Of a DNA stretch of 64,000 nt, positions 10,636-21,004 are shown piece after piece. Source of the DNA: a virus (taxonomy: Duplodnaviria; Heunggongvirae; Uroviricota; Caudoviricetes); IMG/VR virus record IMGVR_UViG_3300008262_000022; one strand, given 5' to 3'. The notes under the pieces are model-generated. The model had not been told where the DNA came from. It did no database searches and saw only the letters and a list, made by a program, of their open reading frames with translations. Made by a program: the position numbers and the translations under genes. The stretch's first letter is position 1. Each line of letters begins with the position of its first letter.

Positions 10636-11036
10636 CCAATAGAAAATATTTACCTACATTAAGTGAACTAATAGATAGATTAAGTATCACACAATTAAAA
10701 GAAGTATTTATTACTGAACACAAATCAGAATATGCTGCAGAAATAGCAGATATAGTTCATGATATTCAATTACATTTAAACGAAAGTAAAGAACCAATTA
10801 CTGCTGAAACAATTAGAGCTATTGTTGTATTATCACAAATGAATTTGCATATATGGCACAATGAATCAAATGTTAGAAGTGGTAAATCAGGCCCAAATGC
10901 TCTAGCATTAACTCATGGATTAAACGGTATTCGTAATACTGCTAAAAACCAAATTCAAGAGGTAATGGGCGGTCGTAAAGATTATAAAATTGATTGTTTA
11001 GCAGCAGATTTTAAAGACTGGGAAATTAGTTGGTAA
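10632..11036 (+). CDS. hypothetical protein
   Basis: ORF track. Confidence 0.4.
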   Translation: MTNRKYLPTLSELIDRLSITQLKEVFITEHKSEYAAEIADIVHDIQLHLNESKEPITAETIRAIVVLSQMNLHIWHNESNVRSGKSGPNALALTHGLNGIRNTAKNQIQEVMGGRKDYKIDCLAADFKDWEISW

Positions 11037-12274
11037 CACAAAATAAAATTACAACACAGATGAATAAACCTATATTTTCATTAGCAGAAAATCAACTTAC
11101 AACAGACTATGAATTGATATTGGATTTAGGGAATCAACCTTGGGGAAATAACTTCATAACTGAAGACCAAGTAGGTAAAGAACCCTTCTATCCATTACAG
11201 TTAGTATATTGTAACCAATCAGAATTATTACAATTAAGTTATTTCGTTCCTAAAGAAGTTATGTTTAAAAAACACTCTTACTTATCAGGAACTACTCGAA
11301 CATTATTAGACCACTTCTATAACTTAGCCAAGGAAAATATAGAACAGTACCAATTAACTCCAGAAGATATTATTTTAGATATAGGAGGAAATGATGGTTC
11401 ACAACTACAACAATATAAGAAATTAGGAATAACAAATACTATTAACTTTGAATCAGCTGATAATATTGTCGATATATCTAGAGAAGGTGGGATTTCTACA
11501 ATAAATGACTTCTTTAATGAGGAAAATGTTAAAAAACATTTAGAACCTAATAGCATCAAACTAATAAACGCATCTGGTGTATTCTTTCATTTAGAGGAAC
11601 TAGATAGTGTTATAAAAGGAATTAATTATTCTTTAAAAGAAGATGGTGTGTTCGTTGTACAATGCATGTACGTTGGAGCTATGGTTGATAATTTAAACTT
11701 CGACACTATATACCATGAGCATCTATGTTATTATACTTTAAATAGTCTAACAAAACTATTGTTAAAATACAATCTACATTTAGAAGATGCATACTTTAGT
11801 GAAATACATAGTGGAAGTATAATATGTAAGTTTAGAAAATACGAAACAACGCATACAGAAAGAACAAAGGTATTAGTAGAAAGAGATAGTAAATATACAT
11901 TAGAATCATTTAGAGAATTTAGTAGTAAAGTTCAAGATAAAAGGTGGAAATTAAGAGAACTATTATTATCTTTAAAAGAAAAAGGAAATAAAATATATGC
12001 TTACGGAGCTCCTGTTAAAGGAAATACTTTATTGAATTATATGAATATCGATAATACATTAATAGATAAAGTAGTAGAAATAAACCCATATAAAATAGGA
12101 ACATATACTCCCGGATCACATATTTTAGTTGAAAGTGAGAATGAGAATGATTTTCCTGATTATTATTTAATGTTATCTCATAATTTTGAAAAGGAATTAA
12201 TTGAGAAAAATAAAAACTTAATAAAAAAAGGAGTAAAATTCATCATCCCATTCCCAGAAATAAAAATTATTTAA
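11030..12274 (+). CDS. sugar C-methyltransferase-like (SAM MTase with NDP-hexose C-methyltransferase-type domains)
   Basis: LDLGNQPWGNNF (Methyltransf_13-like), DIGGNDGSQL SAM glycine-rich motif; possible start at 11060. Confidence 0.55.
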   Translation: MVTQNKITTQMNKPIFSLAENQLTTDYELILDLGNQPWGNNFITEDQVGKEPFYPLQLVYCNQSELLQLSYFVPKEVMFKKHSYLSGTTRTLLDHFYNLAKENIEQYQLTPEDIILDIGGNDGSQLQQYKKLGITNTINFESADNIVDISREGGISTINDFFNEENVKKHLEPNSIKLINASGVFFHLEELDSVIKGINYSLKEDGVFVVQCMYVGAMVDNLNFDTIYHEHLCYYTLNSLTKLLLKYNLHLEDAYFSEIHSGSIICKFRKYETTHTERTKVLVERDSKYTLESFREFSSKVQDKRWKLRELLLSLKEKGNKIYAYGAPVKGNTLLNYMNIDNTLIDKVVEINPYKIGTYTPGSHILVESENENDFPDYYLMLSHNFEKELIEKNKNLIKKGVKFIIPFPEIKII

Positions 12275-12278
12275 TATT

Positions 12279-13169
12279 ATGAAGATATTTTCTAAAAATT
12301 CAATAGCTCAAGAACGATTTGATTTTCATATAGATGTCAATTGTGAAAAATATAAGAATAAACCTATCTCTATCTTCTGTGATTGGCCAGCTTCATTAGC
12401 AGAATTAAGTGAAAATCCAATTAATATTATTATACTAAACGAACCCAATGAACTCTTTGGATTAGTTGATTGGACTATATTTAATCAAAATCATTTTGCT
12501 GTTATATTGTCTCAATGGGATAAAATTCATCAAAATTGTCCAAATTCATTAGTATTTGTTCATGGTGAAACTAATCTAGATAGAGAATATATCGAGAGTT
12601 ATAAGATTAATCCTGAACGAAAATATGAGGTAACTTTTTTAAGTGGGGTGTTAGAGATACTTCCTGGTCATAAATTAAGGCAAAGAGTATTATATAATGA
12701 ACCTAACATTAAAATTCCTCATAAATTTTGGAAAGTTCTAGATGATTTTGATCCTAGAGGACAACGCCCTGGATATTTTGAAGTAAAAATGACTAAATGG
12801 GGTAATCCTATTGAAGGTGAAGGAAAGAAACAAGTTTGGGATAGACATGCTATGTTTCATGTAGCTATAGAAAGTAAAAAAGAAATTAATTATTTCGCTG
12901 ATAAAATACTAGATTGTTTTGCAACTAAAACATTACCTATATATTTTGGAGCACCTAATATTTCTGATTTTGGGTATGATGAAAACGGGATTATTAGGTT
13001 TAGTGATGAAAATGAATTAGTAAATATACTAAATAACTTAACTCCGGATGATTATTATAGTCGATTAGAAGCAATAAATAATAACTATGAAGCTGTCCAA
13101 AAATATGGTTTCTTTTTTTCTAGAGTAGAAGCATTTTTAGATGAACTAATTAAAATAAATAATCTATGA
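12279..13169 (+). CDS. putative alpha-1,3-fucosyltransferase-like (GT10) protein
   Basis: FHVAIESKKEINYFADKILDCFATKTLPIYFG resembles FucT motif FxxAFENS..Y.TEK..PVV.G. Confidence 0.35.
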   Translation: MKIFSKNSIAQERFDFHIDVNCEKYKNKPISIFCDWPASLAELSENPINIIILNEPNELFGLVDWTIFNQNHFAVILSQWDKIHQNCPNSLVFVHGETNLDREYIESYKINPERKYEVTFLSGVLEILPGHKLRQRVLYNEPNIKIPHKFWKVLDDFDPRGQRPGYFEVKMTKWGNPIEGEGKKQVWDRHAMFHVAIESKKEINYFADKILDCFATKTLPIYFGAPNISDFGYDENGIIRFSDENELVNILNNLTPDDYYSRLEAINNNYEAVQKYGFFFSRVEAFLDELIKINNL

Positions 13170-13927
13170 AAATATTAGTTATAGGCGATAGTTGTGAAGA
13201 CCACTATATCTACTGTTCATCAGATAGATTTTGCCCAGATGCTCCAGTTCCTGTTTTAAACCCGATTAAAACTATTAAATCATTAGGAATGGCAGGAAAT
13301 GTATCGGATAATCTTAGATCATTAGGTGCTGAAGTAGATATATTATCTAACACAGAAAAAATTAAAAAGATAAGATATGTTCATGAAAGAACAAATCATA
13401 TGTTTATCAGAATAGATGAGGGTGAAAATAATATAAAACGAGTTAAACCTAATCTTTTAGAGATTATAGACTGGGGCTCATATGATGCTGTTGTGATTAG
13501 TGATTATTGTAAAGGATTCTTAACAGAAGAAGATATAGAATATATTACTAAACAGCATCCTCTAACGTTTTTAGATACTAAAAAAACATTAGGTAAATTC
13601 GCTGATAATACTGCGTTTATAAAAATAAATGATGTTGAATATAATAAAACTAAGTCAACAATAACACCTGTATTAAAAGAGAAACTTATAATAACTTTAG
13701 GTTCTAAAGGGGCCATTTACAAAGAAAATTCGTATCATGTAGACGAAGTAGATGTAAGAGATACTAGTGGTGCAGGGGACACATTCTTAGCTGGGTTAGT
13801 ATATTATTATCTCACTTATAACACCATAAATCAAGCCATCAATATGGCAAATAACTGTGCTAGTCAAGTAGTACAGAAAAAAGGAACAGCAAAAGTAAAT
13901 AAAAACGAATTAAAATATGAAATATAA
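13166..13927 (+). CDS. PfkB-family sugar kinase (RfaE domain I/heptose kinase-like)
   Basis: KILVIGDSCEDHYIY N-terminus and DTSGAGDTFLAG signature. Confidence 0.65.
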   Translation: MKILVIGDSCEDHYIYCSSDRFCPDAPVPVLNPIKTIKSLGMAGNVSDNLRSLGAEVDILSNTEKIKKIRYVHERTNHMFIRIDEGENNIKRVKPNLLEIIDWGSYDAVVISDYCKGFLTEEDIEYITKQHPLTFLDTKKTLGKFADNTAFIKINDVEYNKTKSTITPVLKEKLIITLGSKGAIYKENSYHVDEVDVRDTSGAGDTFLAGLVYYYLTYNTINQAINMANNCASQVVQKKGTAKVNKNELKYEI

Positions 13928-14441
13928 ATTTAGTGAAAAATTACCTGACGTAGCTATTATCCAACCTAGTATATTTTATGACTTTAGAGGAGAATACGTT
14001 GAAACCTGGAATTCTGAATATTATAAAGTATTTGGTAATGGTGGAATTGAGTTTAAACAAGATGACGTTAGTGTATCATGTAAACATACTTTAAGAGGAC
14101 TACATGGTGATTTTGAAACGTGGAAATTAGTACAATGTATCTATGGTTCATTACTACAAGTAGTAGTGGATATGAGAACTGATAGTAAAACCTACCTTCA
14201 ATACGATATGTTTTCTATAACTGACAAAAACAGAACACAAATTCTTGTACCTCCTGGATTTGCTAATGGGCATTTAGTAATGAGTGAAATGGGAATTTTC
14301 TCTTATAAACAATCTACATTATATAAAGGAGTAGGAGCTCAATTTACAGTAAGATGGGATGATCCTAAAATCAATATTTTTTGGCCAGTCAAAGAACCTT
14401 TATTATCTTCAAGGGATAAAAATGCAAAATATATAAATTAA
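13917..14441 (+). CDS. NDP-sugar 3,5-epimerase (RmlC-like cupin)
   Basis: IIQPSIFYDFRGEYVETW..RGLHGD pattern as in RmlC. Confidence 0.6.
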   Translation: MKYKFSEKLPDVAIIQPSIFYDFRGEYVETWNSEYYKVFGNGGIEFKQDDVSVSCKHTLRGLHGDFETWKLVQCIYGSLLQVVVDMRTDSKTYLQYDMFSITDKNRTQILVPPGFANGHLVMSEMGIFSYKQSTLYKGVGAQFTVRWDDPKINIFWPVKEPLLSSRDKNAKYIN

Positions 14442-14442
14442 C

Positions 14443-15390
14443 ATGAAAATACTAATTACAGGAGCAGCAGGATATATAGGCTCAGTTTTAATTGAACACC
14501 TATATCAAAGATCAGATGTTGAAAAAATAATAGCTGTAGATAGCTTACTTTATAATCAGACATCACTCATGCAATATTGCCATAAATCTAATTTTGATTT
14601 TCATAAATTAGATGTTCGTAACTTTGATAAAATGCTTCCTTTAGTTCAAGAAGCAGATGTGATTATACCGTTGGCTTGTATAGTAGGAATGCCAGCTTGC
14701 AAAAAATACCCTGAGCTAACAATTGCCACCAACCAAGAAGCTATTCAGTGGTTAACTAAAGTAACAAGACCTGATCAAAAAATTATTTTTCCTACTACAA
14801 ATAGCGGTTACGGAATTGGACAAGAAGGTATATATTGTACTGAGGAAACCCCGTTAACACCAATTTCTCTTTATGGTGTAACTAAAGTTGAAGCAGAAAA
14901 AGCATTATTAGAAAGTGGGAATGCCGTTACATTAAGATTAGCCACAGTATTTGGTTTATCTCCTCGTATGCGATTAGATCTACTAGTAAATGATTTTACT
15001 TACAAAGCATATAAAGACAAATACATTGTTTTGTTTGAATCTTATTTTAAACGTAATTACATTCACATAAGAGACGTTGTAAGAACATTTATGTTTGCTA
15101 TTGATAATTTCGATAAAATGAAAGGACAGGCATATAATGTTGGACTAAGCTCAGCTAATTTAAGCAAAATGGAATTATGCCAAATAATAAAACAATTTAT
15201 CCCTGATTTTTATATAGCAGAAAGCGAAATAAACAAAGACCCAGATCAACGTAACTACATTGTATCTAATAATAAATTAGAATCATTAGGATGGTCTCCT
15301 AATTATAACTTAGAATTTGGAATAGCAGAATTACTTAAAGCATATCCAATTATTGATAATATAAATAATAAAAATTTTACAAACTTATAA
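14443..15390 (+). CDS. NAD-dependent epimerase/dehydratase (SDR)
   Basis: ILITGAAGYIGS Rossmann motif; YxxxK region present. Confidence 0.65.
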   Translation: MKILITGAAGYIGSVLIEHLYQRSDVEKIIAVDSLLYNQTSLMQYCHKSNFDFHKLDVRNFDKMLPLVQEADVIIPLACIVGMPACKKYPELTIATNQEAIQWLTKVTRPDQKIIFPTTNSGYGIGQEGIYCTEETPLTPISLYGVTKVEAEKALLESGNAVTLRLATVFGLSPRMRLDLLVNDFTYKAYKDKYIVLFESYFKRNYIHIRDVVRTFMFAIDNFDKMKGQAYNVGLSSANLSKMELCQIIKQFIPDFYIAESEINKDPDQRNYIVSNNKLESLGWSPNYNLEFGIAELLKAYPIIDNINNKNFTNL

Positions 15391-16055
15391 TGGAAAACAT
15401 AAAATTACAAACCGATTTCCCAATAGCGTATGAATCACCAGATCATTTAATGCCTTGGGGTACTATGAGAGACAATTCAACTAATCCTTATTTTATTGAA
15501 GAAGTCCAAGAATTTTTTAAATTAAACTATAACCTAGATAAAATTAAATTTATGGATTTAGGTTGCTCTGGAGGACAATTAGCCGTAGATTTCTATAAAA
15601 AAGGAAATATTGCTGTTGGATTAGAAGGAAGTGACTATAGTGTTAAACACCAAAGAGCCAATTGGCCAGAATATCATAACAAAATGCTATTTACTTGCGA
15701 TGTATCTAAACCATATACAGTATCCGTAAATGATGAACAGTATAAATGCAATGTGGTAACAGCATGGGAAGTTATTGAGCATATCCATCCTGATAGTTTA
15801 AATATGTTTTTTACTAATATTTCAAATCATTTAGAAAACAACGGTATTTTTGTAGGTTCTATTTCAACTAATGTAGAAATTATAGAAGGACACGTATTAC
15901 ACCAGTCAGTATTTTCTAAAGAAGAATGGTATGAAAAGTTTTCTGAATTTTTAGCAGGAACTAATCTTGTTTTATACCATTATCCTTTCCAAAATGTTGT
16001 AAGAGGTGATTGGGGATCCTTTCATGTGTTGCTTAAAAAAGAAGTAGATGAGTAA
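15390..16055 (+). CDS. class I SAM-dependent methyltransferase
   Basis: FMDLGCSGGQLAVDF motif I. Confidence 0.55.
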   Translation: MENIKLQTDFPIAYESPDHLMPWGTMRDNSTNPYFIEEVQEFFKLNYNLDKIKFMDLGCSGGQLAVDFYKKGNIAVGLEGSDYSVKHQRANWPEYHNKMLFTCDVSKPYTVSVNDEQYKCNVVTAWEVIEHIHPDSLNMFFTNISNHLENNGIFVGSISTNVEIIEGHVLHQSVFSKEEWYEKFSEFLAGTNLVLYHYPFQNVVRGDWGSFHVLLKKEVDE

Positions 16056-16935
16056 TATATTAGTAACAGGCGCAACTGGTTTTGTAGGAAGACATTTAGT
16101 ACCAACTTTAAAAGAATTAGGTCATTGTGTTACTACTACTAATAGCAATAATTATCTATATATTCTAAATATCCACCAAAACACAAAATTTGATTATATT
16201 ATCCACCTAGCAGTTAAAACAGCTGCTGGTGGGTATTGTCAAACACATCCTGGTGAGCAATTTTTAGAAAATCAAAATATAAATACCATAATGTTTAATT
16301 ATTGGAATTCATATCAACGACAGGCTAAAATGATCACATTTGGATCATCTTGTGGATATGATAAAAACAGTATTAAAACTGAAGATAATTATTTAAAAGG
16401 TGAAACAGAGCCAGGCTATGAAGCGTACGGAGCAATAAAGCGTAATTTGTTAATAGGATTACAATCATTAAAAAAAGAATATAATATGGAATATTCTTAT
16501 TTGATTCCGTCTGTATTTTATGGTCCTGAATATGATCTAAACGATAAACACTTTATATTTGACTTAATTAGAAAGATACATACTGCTAAGCATACTGGAA
16601 GTGAAGTAGTGTTATGGGGAACTGGGGAACAAAAACGTGAATTGATATATATTAAAGATGCTGTTGATATAATTATTAAAGCTATGACTTGGAATAAAGA
16701 AATAGTTAATTTATCATCTGGTAAAGAATATTCAATTAAAGAATATGCTCAAACAATATGTGATATAATTGGATATAATTTTAATTTAATAACATGGGAT
16801 CTAAATGCTTTCGTAGGAGCTCCAAATAAAAAACTAATTAATACTCATTTACAAGATTATCAATTTACTTCATTAAAAGAAGGATTAACCGAAACAATTA
16901 AATATTATGAAAATAGGAGCAGTATGTGTTGGTAG
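16048..16935 (+). CDS. NAD-dependent sugar epimerase/reductase (SDR)
   Basis: ILVTGATGFVGRHL. Confidence 0.6.
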   Translation: MSNILVTGATGFVGRHLVPTLKELGHCVTTTNSNNYLYILNIHQNTKFDYIIHLAVKTAAGGYCQTHPGEQFLENQNINTIMFNYWNSYQRQAKMITFGSSCGYDKNSIKTEDNYLKGETEPGYEAYGAIKRNLLIGLQSLKKEYNMEYSYLIPSVFYGPEYDLNDKHFIFDLIRKIHTAKHTGSEVVLWGTGEQKRELIYIKDAVDIIIKAMTWNKEIVNLSSGKEYSIKEYAQTICDIIGYNFNLITWDLNAFVGAPNKKLINTHLQDYQFTSLKEGLTETIKYYENRSSMCW

Positions 16936-17791
16936 GAATGACGGATATAAAGACTTTGAGCGTGGTATAATTCATTTTAAATCAATGTTAGATACATTTG
17001 ATGAAGTAACTTACATTGATTGGAATTCACCTAGTGGCTCATTTTTATGGGAAATACAAGATAAATTGCCTAAAACAGGCAAATTAAAACATTTTGTTAT
17101 CCCACCAGAAGTAGTATCTCAAATAGTACAAGATCCTAAAGCACAACAATGTAATGAGGGATTAAGTAGAAACATAGGTATAAAAAGAAGTAATTGTGAT
17201 TGGGTTGTATCAACTAATCTTGATATAATTCCACCCAAACGTGAAGATTTAGTAAAACTAATTGAAACATTAGATCCTAATGCTTTTTATACTATTTCTC
17301 GTCGTGAAGCACCTAAAGATATTATATACACAAATGGGCATGAAAATTGGGAAAAGACAAGAGATATTTTATATCAATCAATTCCTGAGCGTCATTTTCC
17401 TGCTATGGTAACACCAAATGACCACTACAGTTTAATCAATTGTTGTGGTGACTTTCAGATGGCTCCTAAAAAAGTTTGGGATAAAATTAAAGGATTTGAA
17501 GAACAGATGATATATGCTTGTTTTATTGACACAAACATTCAAAAGAAAGCAACATTAAATGGGTTTAAATTAAAAGATTTATATTATCCTCCTTTATTTC
17601 ATATGGAACATGGAGCATATTACACTAAAGAAGACGGGACACGTGTCTTAGATGCTGAAAATAAAGGAGCATTTAAAGGTGATAACAAGGCATATAACGA
17701 CGCGTGGTATTGGGTAGAATATTTTAAAGAATCAGAAAACACAGATGATTGGGGATTAGGAAATATAGAAATAGAATATGAAATAATCTAA
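16907..17791 (+). CDS. hypothetical protein, possibly GT-A-like
   Basis: ORF track; last gene of the sugar cluster. Confidence 0.35.
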   Translation: MKIGAVCVGRNDGYKDFERGIIHFKSMLDTFDEVTYIDWNSPSGSFLWEIQDKLPKTGKLKHFVIPPEVVSQIVQDPKAQQCNEGLSRNIGIKRSNCDWVVSTNLDIIPPKREDLVKLIETLDPNAFYTISRREAPKDIIYTNGHENWEKTRDILYQSIPERHFPAMVTPNDHYSLINCCGDFQMAPKKVWDKIKGFEEQMIYACFIDTNIQKKATLNGFKLKDLYYPPLFHMEHGAYYTKEDGTRVLDAENKGAFKGDNKAYNDAWYWVEYFKESENTDDWGLGNIEIEYEII

Positions 17792-17813
17792 TATTTATTA
17801 AAAAATGTAGATT

Positions 17814-18404
17814 ATGAACACCGAGCAATTTATTAAACATGTTAAATCAGAATGCAAAAAATATAACATTAAGTGTGTTTTAAAAAATACTAAAACAGTT
17901 AAATTAGCAAAAGATGATGATAAATGCTCAGGTTATTTCGATGAAGAACATTTAGTTGTAGCTATGAAACACCCCGACGCACTTCAAATATTAGTCCATG
18001 AATATGGTCATTTAACCCAATGGGCAGACCAATGTGATATATGGGTAACCAGCTCTAAAAGTAAAAGCCATGATAAACTATATAGATGGCTGGCCGGTGA
18101 AGATGTTAAGGGTATTGAAGAAGCCATTAATATATGTCGTGATTTAGAATTAGATAATGAAAAACGAAGTGTTAAATTAATTAAAAAATTTAATTTACCT
18201 ATTGATGTTGACATGTATATTAAAAAAGCTAACGCTTATGTTCAATTTTACAATTATCTTTTAATTTCTCGTAAATGGTGTACTCCTAAAAATTCACCAT
18301 ATAAAAATGATCGTTTATTAGAAGCTATGCCTACTAAATTTAACATGAATTATAATAAATTAACTAAAAAATTATTAAAAATATTCATAGAAGAAAAAAT
18401 TTAA
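17814..18404 (+). CDS. hypothetical protein with HExxH motif
   Basis: ILVHEYGHLTQW suggests a zinc metallopeptidase-like fold. Confidence 0.35.
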   Translation: MNTEQFIKHVKSECKKYNIKCVLKNTKTVKLAKDDDKCSGYFDEEHLVVAMKHPDALQILVHEYGHLTQWADQCDIWVTSSKSKSHDKLYRWLAGEDVKGIEEAINICRDLELDNEKRSVKLIKKFNLPIDVDMYIKKANAYVQFYNYLLISRKWCTPKNSPYKNDRLLEAMPTKFNMNYNKLTKKLLKIFIEEKI

Positions 18405-18427
18405 TATTTATACATAAACATATAACA

Positions 18428-18715
18428 ATGGCAAACCCAAAATTATCAGTATCAGTAAATAAAAATCCAACTAAACAGGGGATAAAGATTCAATTTTCAT
18501 TTCCTAATCAAGTACAAGGGGATCAAAAAGCAGAATTAACTCAAAAATTACAACAAAAATTAACGCAAGGTTTATCACAATATAAACTAACAGTAAGTCA
18601 AGATACTGATGTGCCATATAGTAATGTTATAGGGTTTTTAATTCCTATCTCTGATATTAAATTATTGATTAAAAATGCTATAACTAGTAATAACGAATTA
18701 CCTAATAATATGTAA
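18428..18715 (+). CDS. hypothetical protein
   Basis: ORF track. Confidence 0.4.
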   Translation: MANPKLSVSVNKNPTKQGIKIQFSFPNQVQGDQKAELTQKLQQKLTQGLSQYKLTVSQDTDVPYSNVIGFLIPISDIKLLIKNAITSNNELPNNM

Positions 18716-18717
18716 TT

Positions 18718-19059
18718 ATGAAGAAACGAAAAATACCGACTCTTAAATTATCTGTATCTCCAGATGTAGACTACTCTGAAATAATAGATATACCAGGTGT
18801 AAAAGACACTGTGATGGAAGAATTGGTATTAGCTATAAAGGAAGGAGTTTCAAATAAAAAAAAGAGTATATCTCTATTTGCTTTGGCAGATACAGATTAT
18901 TATATTAACGTAGAAAAAGAACAATGGAATGCTTCTCTACATAAGGCATTAGATTATTATATTGGGATAGAAGACTATAATATGTGTGTTGAGTGTAGAG
19001 ATATTTTAAATAAACTAAGTTATGAGCAACCACTCGGAGAACCACGCAAAGAAAATTAA
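18718..19059 (+). CDS. hypothetical protein
   Basis: ORF track. Confidence 0.4.
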   Translation: MKKRKIPTLKLSVSPDVDYSEIIDIPGVKDTVMEELVLAIKEGVSNKKKSISLFALADTDYYINVEKEQWNASLHKALDYYIGIEDYNMCVECRDILNKLSYEQPLGEPRKEN

Positions 19060-19447
19060 AAGTACTATAGAAAACATTATAGGGGCGAATGCTACTCTTA
19101 AACGTAGAAGAAAAACAGAAGAAGATTTCAATAGAGAACAATTTGAAAAACTAATAAGAACTTTAGAAGAAATAGAAGTACGTTCTACTTTATTGGAAGA
19201 AGAGTTTGAATTAGGATTTTTTAAATATGAAGAAAAATTCTACTCAGCTATAGATAGTTTATTATTTTTATATCTAGGAAAAGACGCACTAGAAGTAGTA
19301 GATTTTTATCTGTTTGGTAGATTCAACCCGGATGGTTCTGAAAATCATATCACAGATGAATCAGGAAATATAATTCCTTTACGAAATCCAACAGATTTAT
19401 GGAATGTAATTCAGTATATGAAATCAAATTTACCTAAAAATGAGTAA
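19022..19447 (+). CDS. hypothetical protein
   Basis: ORF track. Confidence 0.4.
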   Translation: MSNHSENHAKKIKSTIENIIGANATLKRRRKTEEDFNREQFEKLIRTLEEIEVRSTLLEEEFELGFFKYEEKFYSAIDSLLFLYLGKDALEVVDFYLFGRFNPDGSENHITDESGNIIPLRNPTDLWNVIQYMKSNLPKNE

Positions 19448-20093
19448 ACCCAAAGGATCTAAAGGAGCACCATCTAAAACTTATTCTAAAGCAGACTTAT
19501 TAAGGGCAATGCGTTTTACCAAATCAGTAAAAGCAGCAGCTCGCTATTTAGGTTGTAGTTATCAGCATATTAAACCTTACTTTAAAATGTATAGGTTAGA
19601 TGACAATGATATAAATTCCCCTACTTTATTTGAGGTACATAAGAATCAACAAGGTAAAGGTATTCCTAAATATCTTCCTAATAGACGTAAAGAACCAAAT
19701 GTTAAAAATATCGTAGAGACAGGTACTGGTTGGGAATCATTTACTGTTAATAAAATAAAAGCTAGATTAATTGCTGAAGGTTATATTAAAGATGAGTGTT
19801 ACAAATGTGGATTTTGTGAAAAACGAATAACCGATTATAAAACACCGTTGTTATTAAACTTCAAAGATGGTAATAAAATAAATTATTTATTACATAATTT
19901 AGAGTTAGTTTGTTATAATTGTTATTTTTTATATGTAGCAGACCCTATGAGTTCAGAACAAGTTCGCGAAATAGAAAGTAATCAACAAGTAAAAACTGTA
20001 TCTTTTGATTGGGAAACAGAAGAACATATCTCATCAGCTATAACAGATGATGAACATTTAGAAAACATGCGTGCTTTAGGACTTATCGAATAA
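19440..20093 (+). CDS. HNH endonuclease with N-terminal HTH
   Basis: CYKCGFC..HNLELVCYNC HNH core; N-terminal KADLLRAMRF..AARYLGCSYQHIK HTH-like. Confidence 0.5.
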   Translation: MSKPKGSKGAPSKTYSKADLLRAMRFTKSVKAAARYLGCSYQHIKPYFKMYRLDDNDINSPTLFEVHKNQQGKGIPKYLPNRRKEPNVKNIVETGTGWESFTVNKIKARLIAEGYIKDECYKCGFCEKRITDYKTPLLLNFKDGNKINYLLHNLELVCYNCYFLYVADPMSSEQVREIESNQQVKTVSFDWETEEHISSAITDDEHLENMRALGLIE

Positions 20094-20095
20094 GA

Positions 20096-20143
20096 GTTGG
20101 AAAGGCAAAAAGAGAATCTTACATTTATATAAATAAAAAAAAT
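20096..20143 (+). promoter_or_regulatory. candidate promoter
   Basis: TTGGAAAGGCAAAAAGAGAATCTTACATTTATAT upstream of ATG. Confidence 0.4.
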
Positions 20144-20434
20144 ATGAGTTACGAATTATCAGAAAAATTTAACGATTTTAAAATACCTGAAGAGGTACTT
20201 GAGCAAGTTAAAATGGGCTTAATTACAATGCCTAAAAATATGCTTAAAATGGTATTATTTGCCGGTGAAAACAAATTAACTAATCAAGACATTGATTATT
20301 GGATGGCAATTAAACCTGAGCGTCAACCAGATGAAAGTATGTCAGTTTACAAAGCAAGACAGAAATTTCAGAGTGCTTTGGCAAAATATAGACCTTATCT
20401 TTATGATTATTCAGAAAACGTAGAAATATTATAG
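20144..20434 (+). CDS. hypothetical protein
   Basis: ORF track. Confidence 0.45.
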   Translation: MSYELSEKFNDFKIPEEVLEQVKMGLITMPKNMLKMVLFAGENKLTNQDIDYWMAIKPERQPDESMSVYKARQKFQSALAKYRPYLYDYSENVEIL

Positions 20435-20436
20435 TT

Positions 20437-20664
20437 ATGAAATATTATCAAGTACAAGTACAATTTACCTTAGATGAAGGTAAGAAACAAAAATTAGCGT
20501 ATTTAGTAGACGCTGAAAGTTGCATCGAAGCAGAAACAAATACTGTAAAACACTTAATGGATGCTGGTGAGCATAATTTTGAGGTTAAATCAGTAGTAGA
20601 ATCAAAGATCGTAGATGTAATATATGTATCAACTGTAACAGAAACAAATAAAGAAGAAGAATAA
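20437..20664 (+). CDS. hypothetical protein
   Basis: ORF track. Confidence 0.4.
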   Translation: MKYYQVQVQFTLDEGKKQKLAYLVDAESCIEAETNTVKHLMDAGEHNFEVKSVVESKIVDVIYVSTVTETNKEEE

Positions 20665-20666
20665 AA

Positions 20667-20852
20667 ATGAAAAAAGTAGCATTATTAATGGCTGTAGCAG
20701 CCTTATTCGCGTCATGCGCATCAGACAACAACACAAATTCAGGTTTATTAGGTGGTGATTCAACTACTATCTCAGCTGATACAACAGCTATTGACTCAGT
20801 AGTATACGAATCAATGGTATTAGATACTACTGTTACAGATTCAGTAAACTAG
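20667..20852 (+). CDS. putative lipoprotein
   Basis: MKKVALLMAVAALFASC signal peptide with lipobox. Confidence 0.45.
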   Translation: MKKVALLMAVAALFASCASDNNTNSGLLGGDSTTISADTTAIDSVVYESMVLDTTVTDSVN

Positions 20853-20946
20853 TAAAGTACCACGAGGCTTACCATCAGAACAGCCCAAACGCTGTGGTCA
20901 TTTAGTGACATAAACGAATAACCCAAGGTATAAGTTACAGTCACAC

Positions 20947-20999
20947 CCCTCAGAAAGACTAATAGACGTATTAGACACTGCTGAGGGTTTTATTTTTTT
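20947..20999 (+). terminator. rho-independent terminator-like hairpin
   Basis: CCCTCAG..27 nt..CTGAGGG followed by TTTTATTTTTT. Confidence 0.4.
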
Positions 21000-21004
21000 A
21001 TAAT

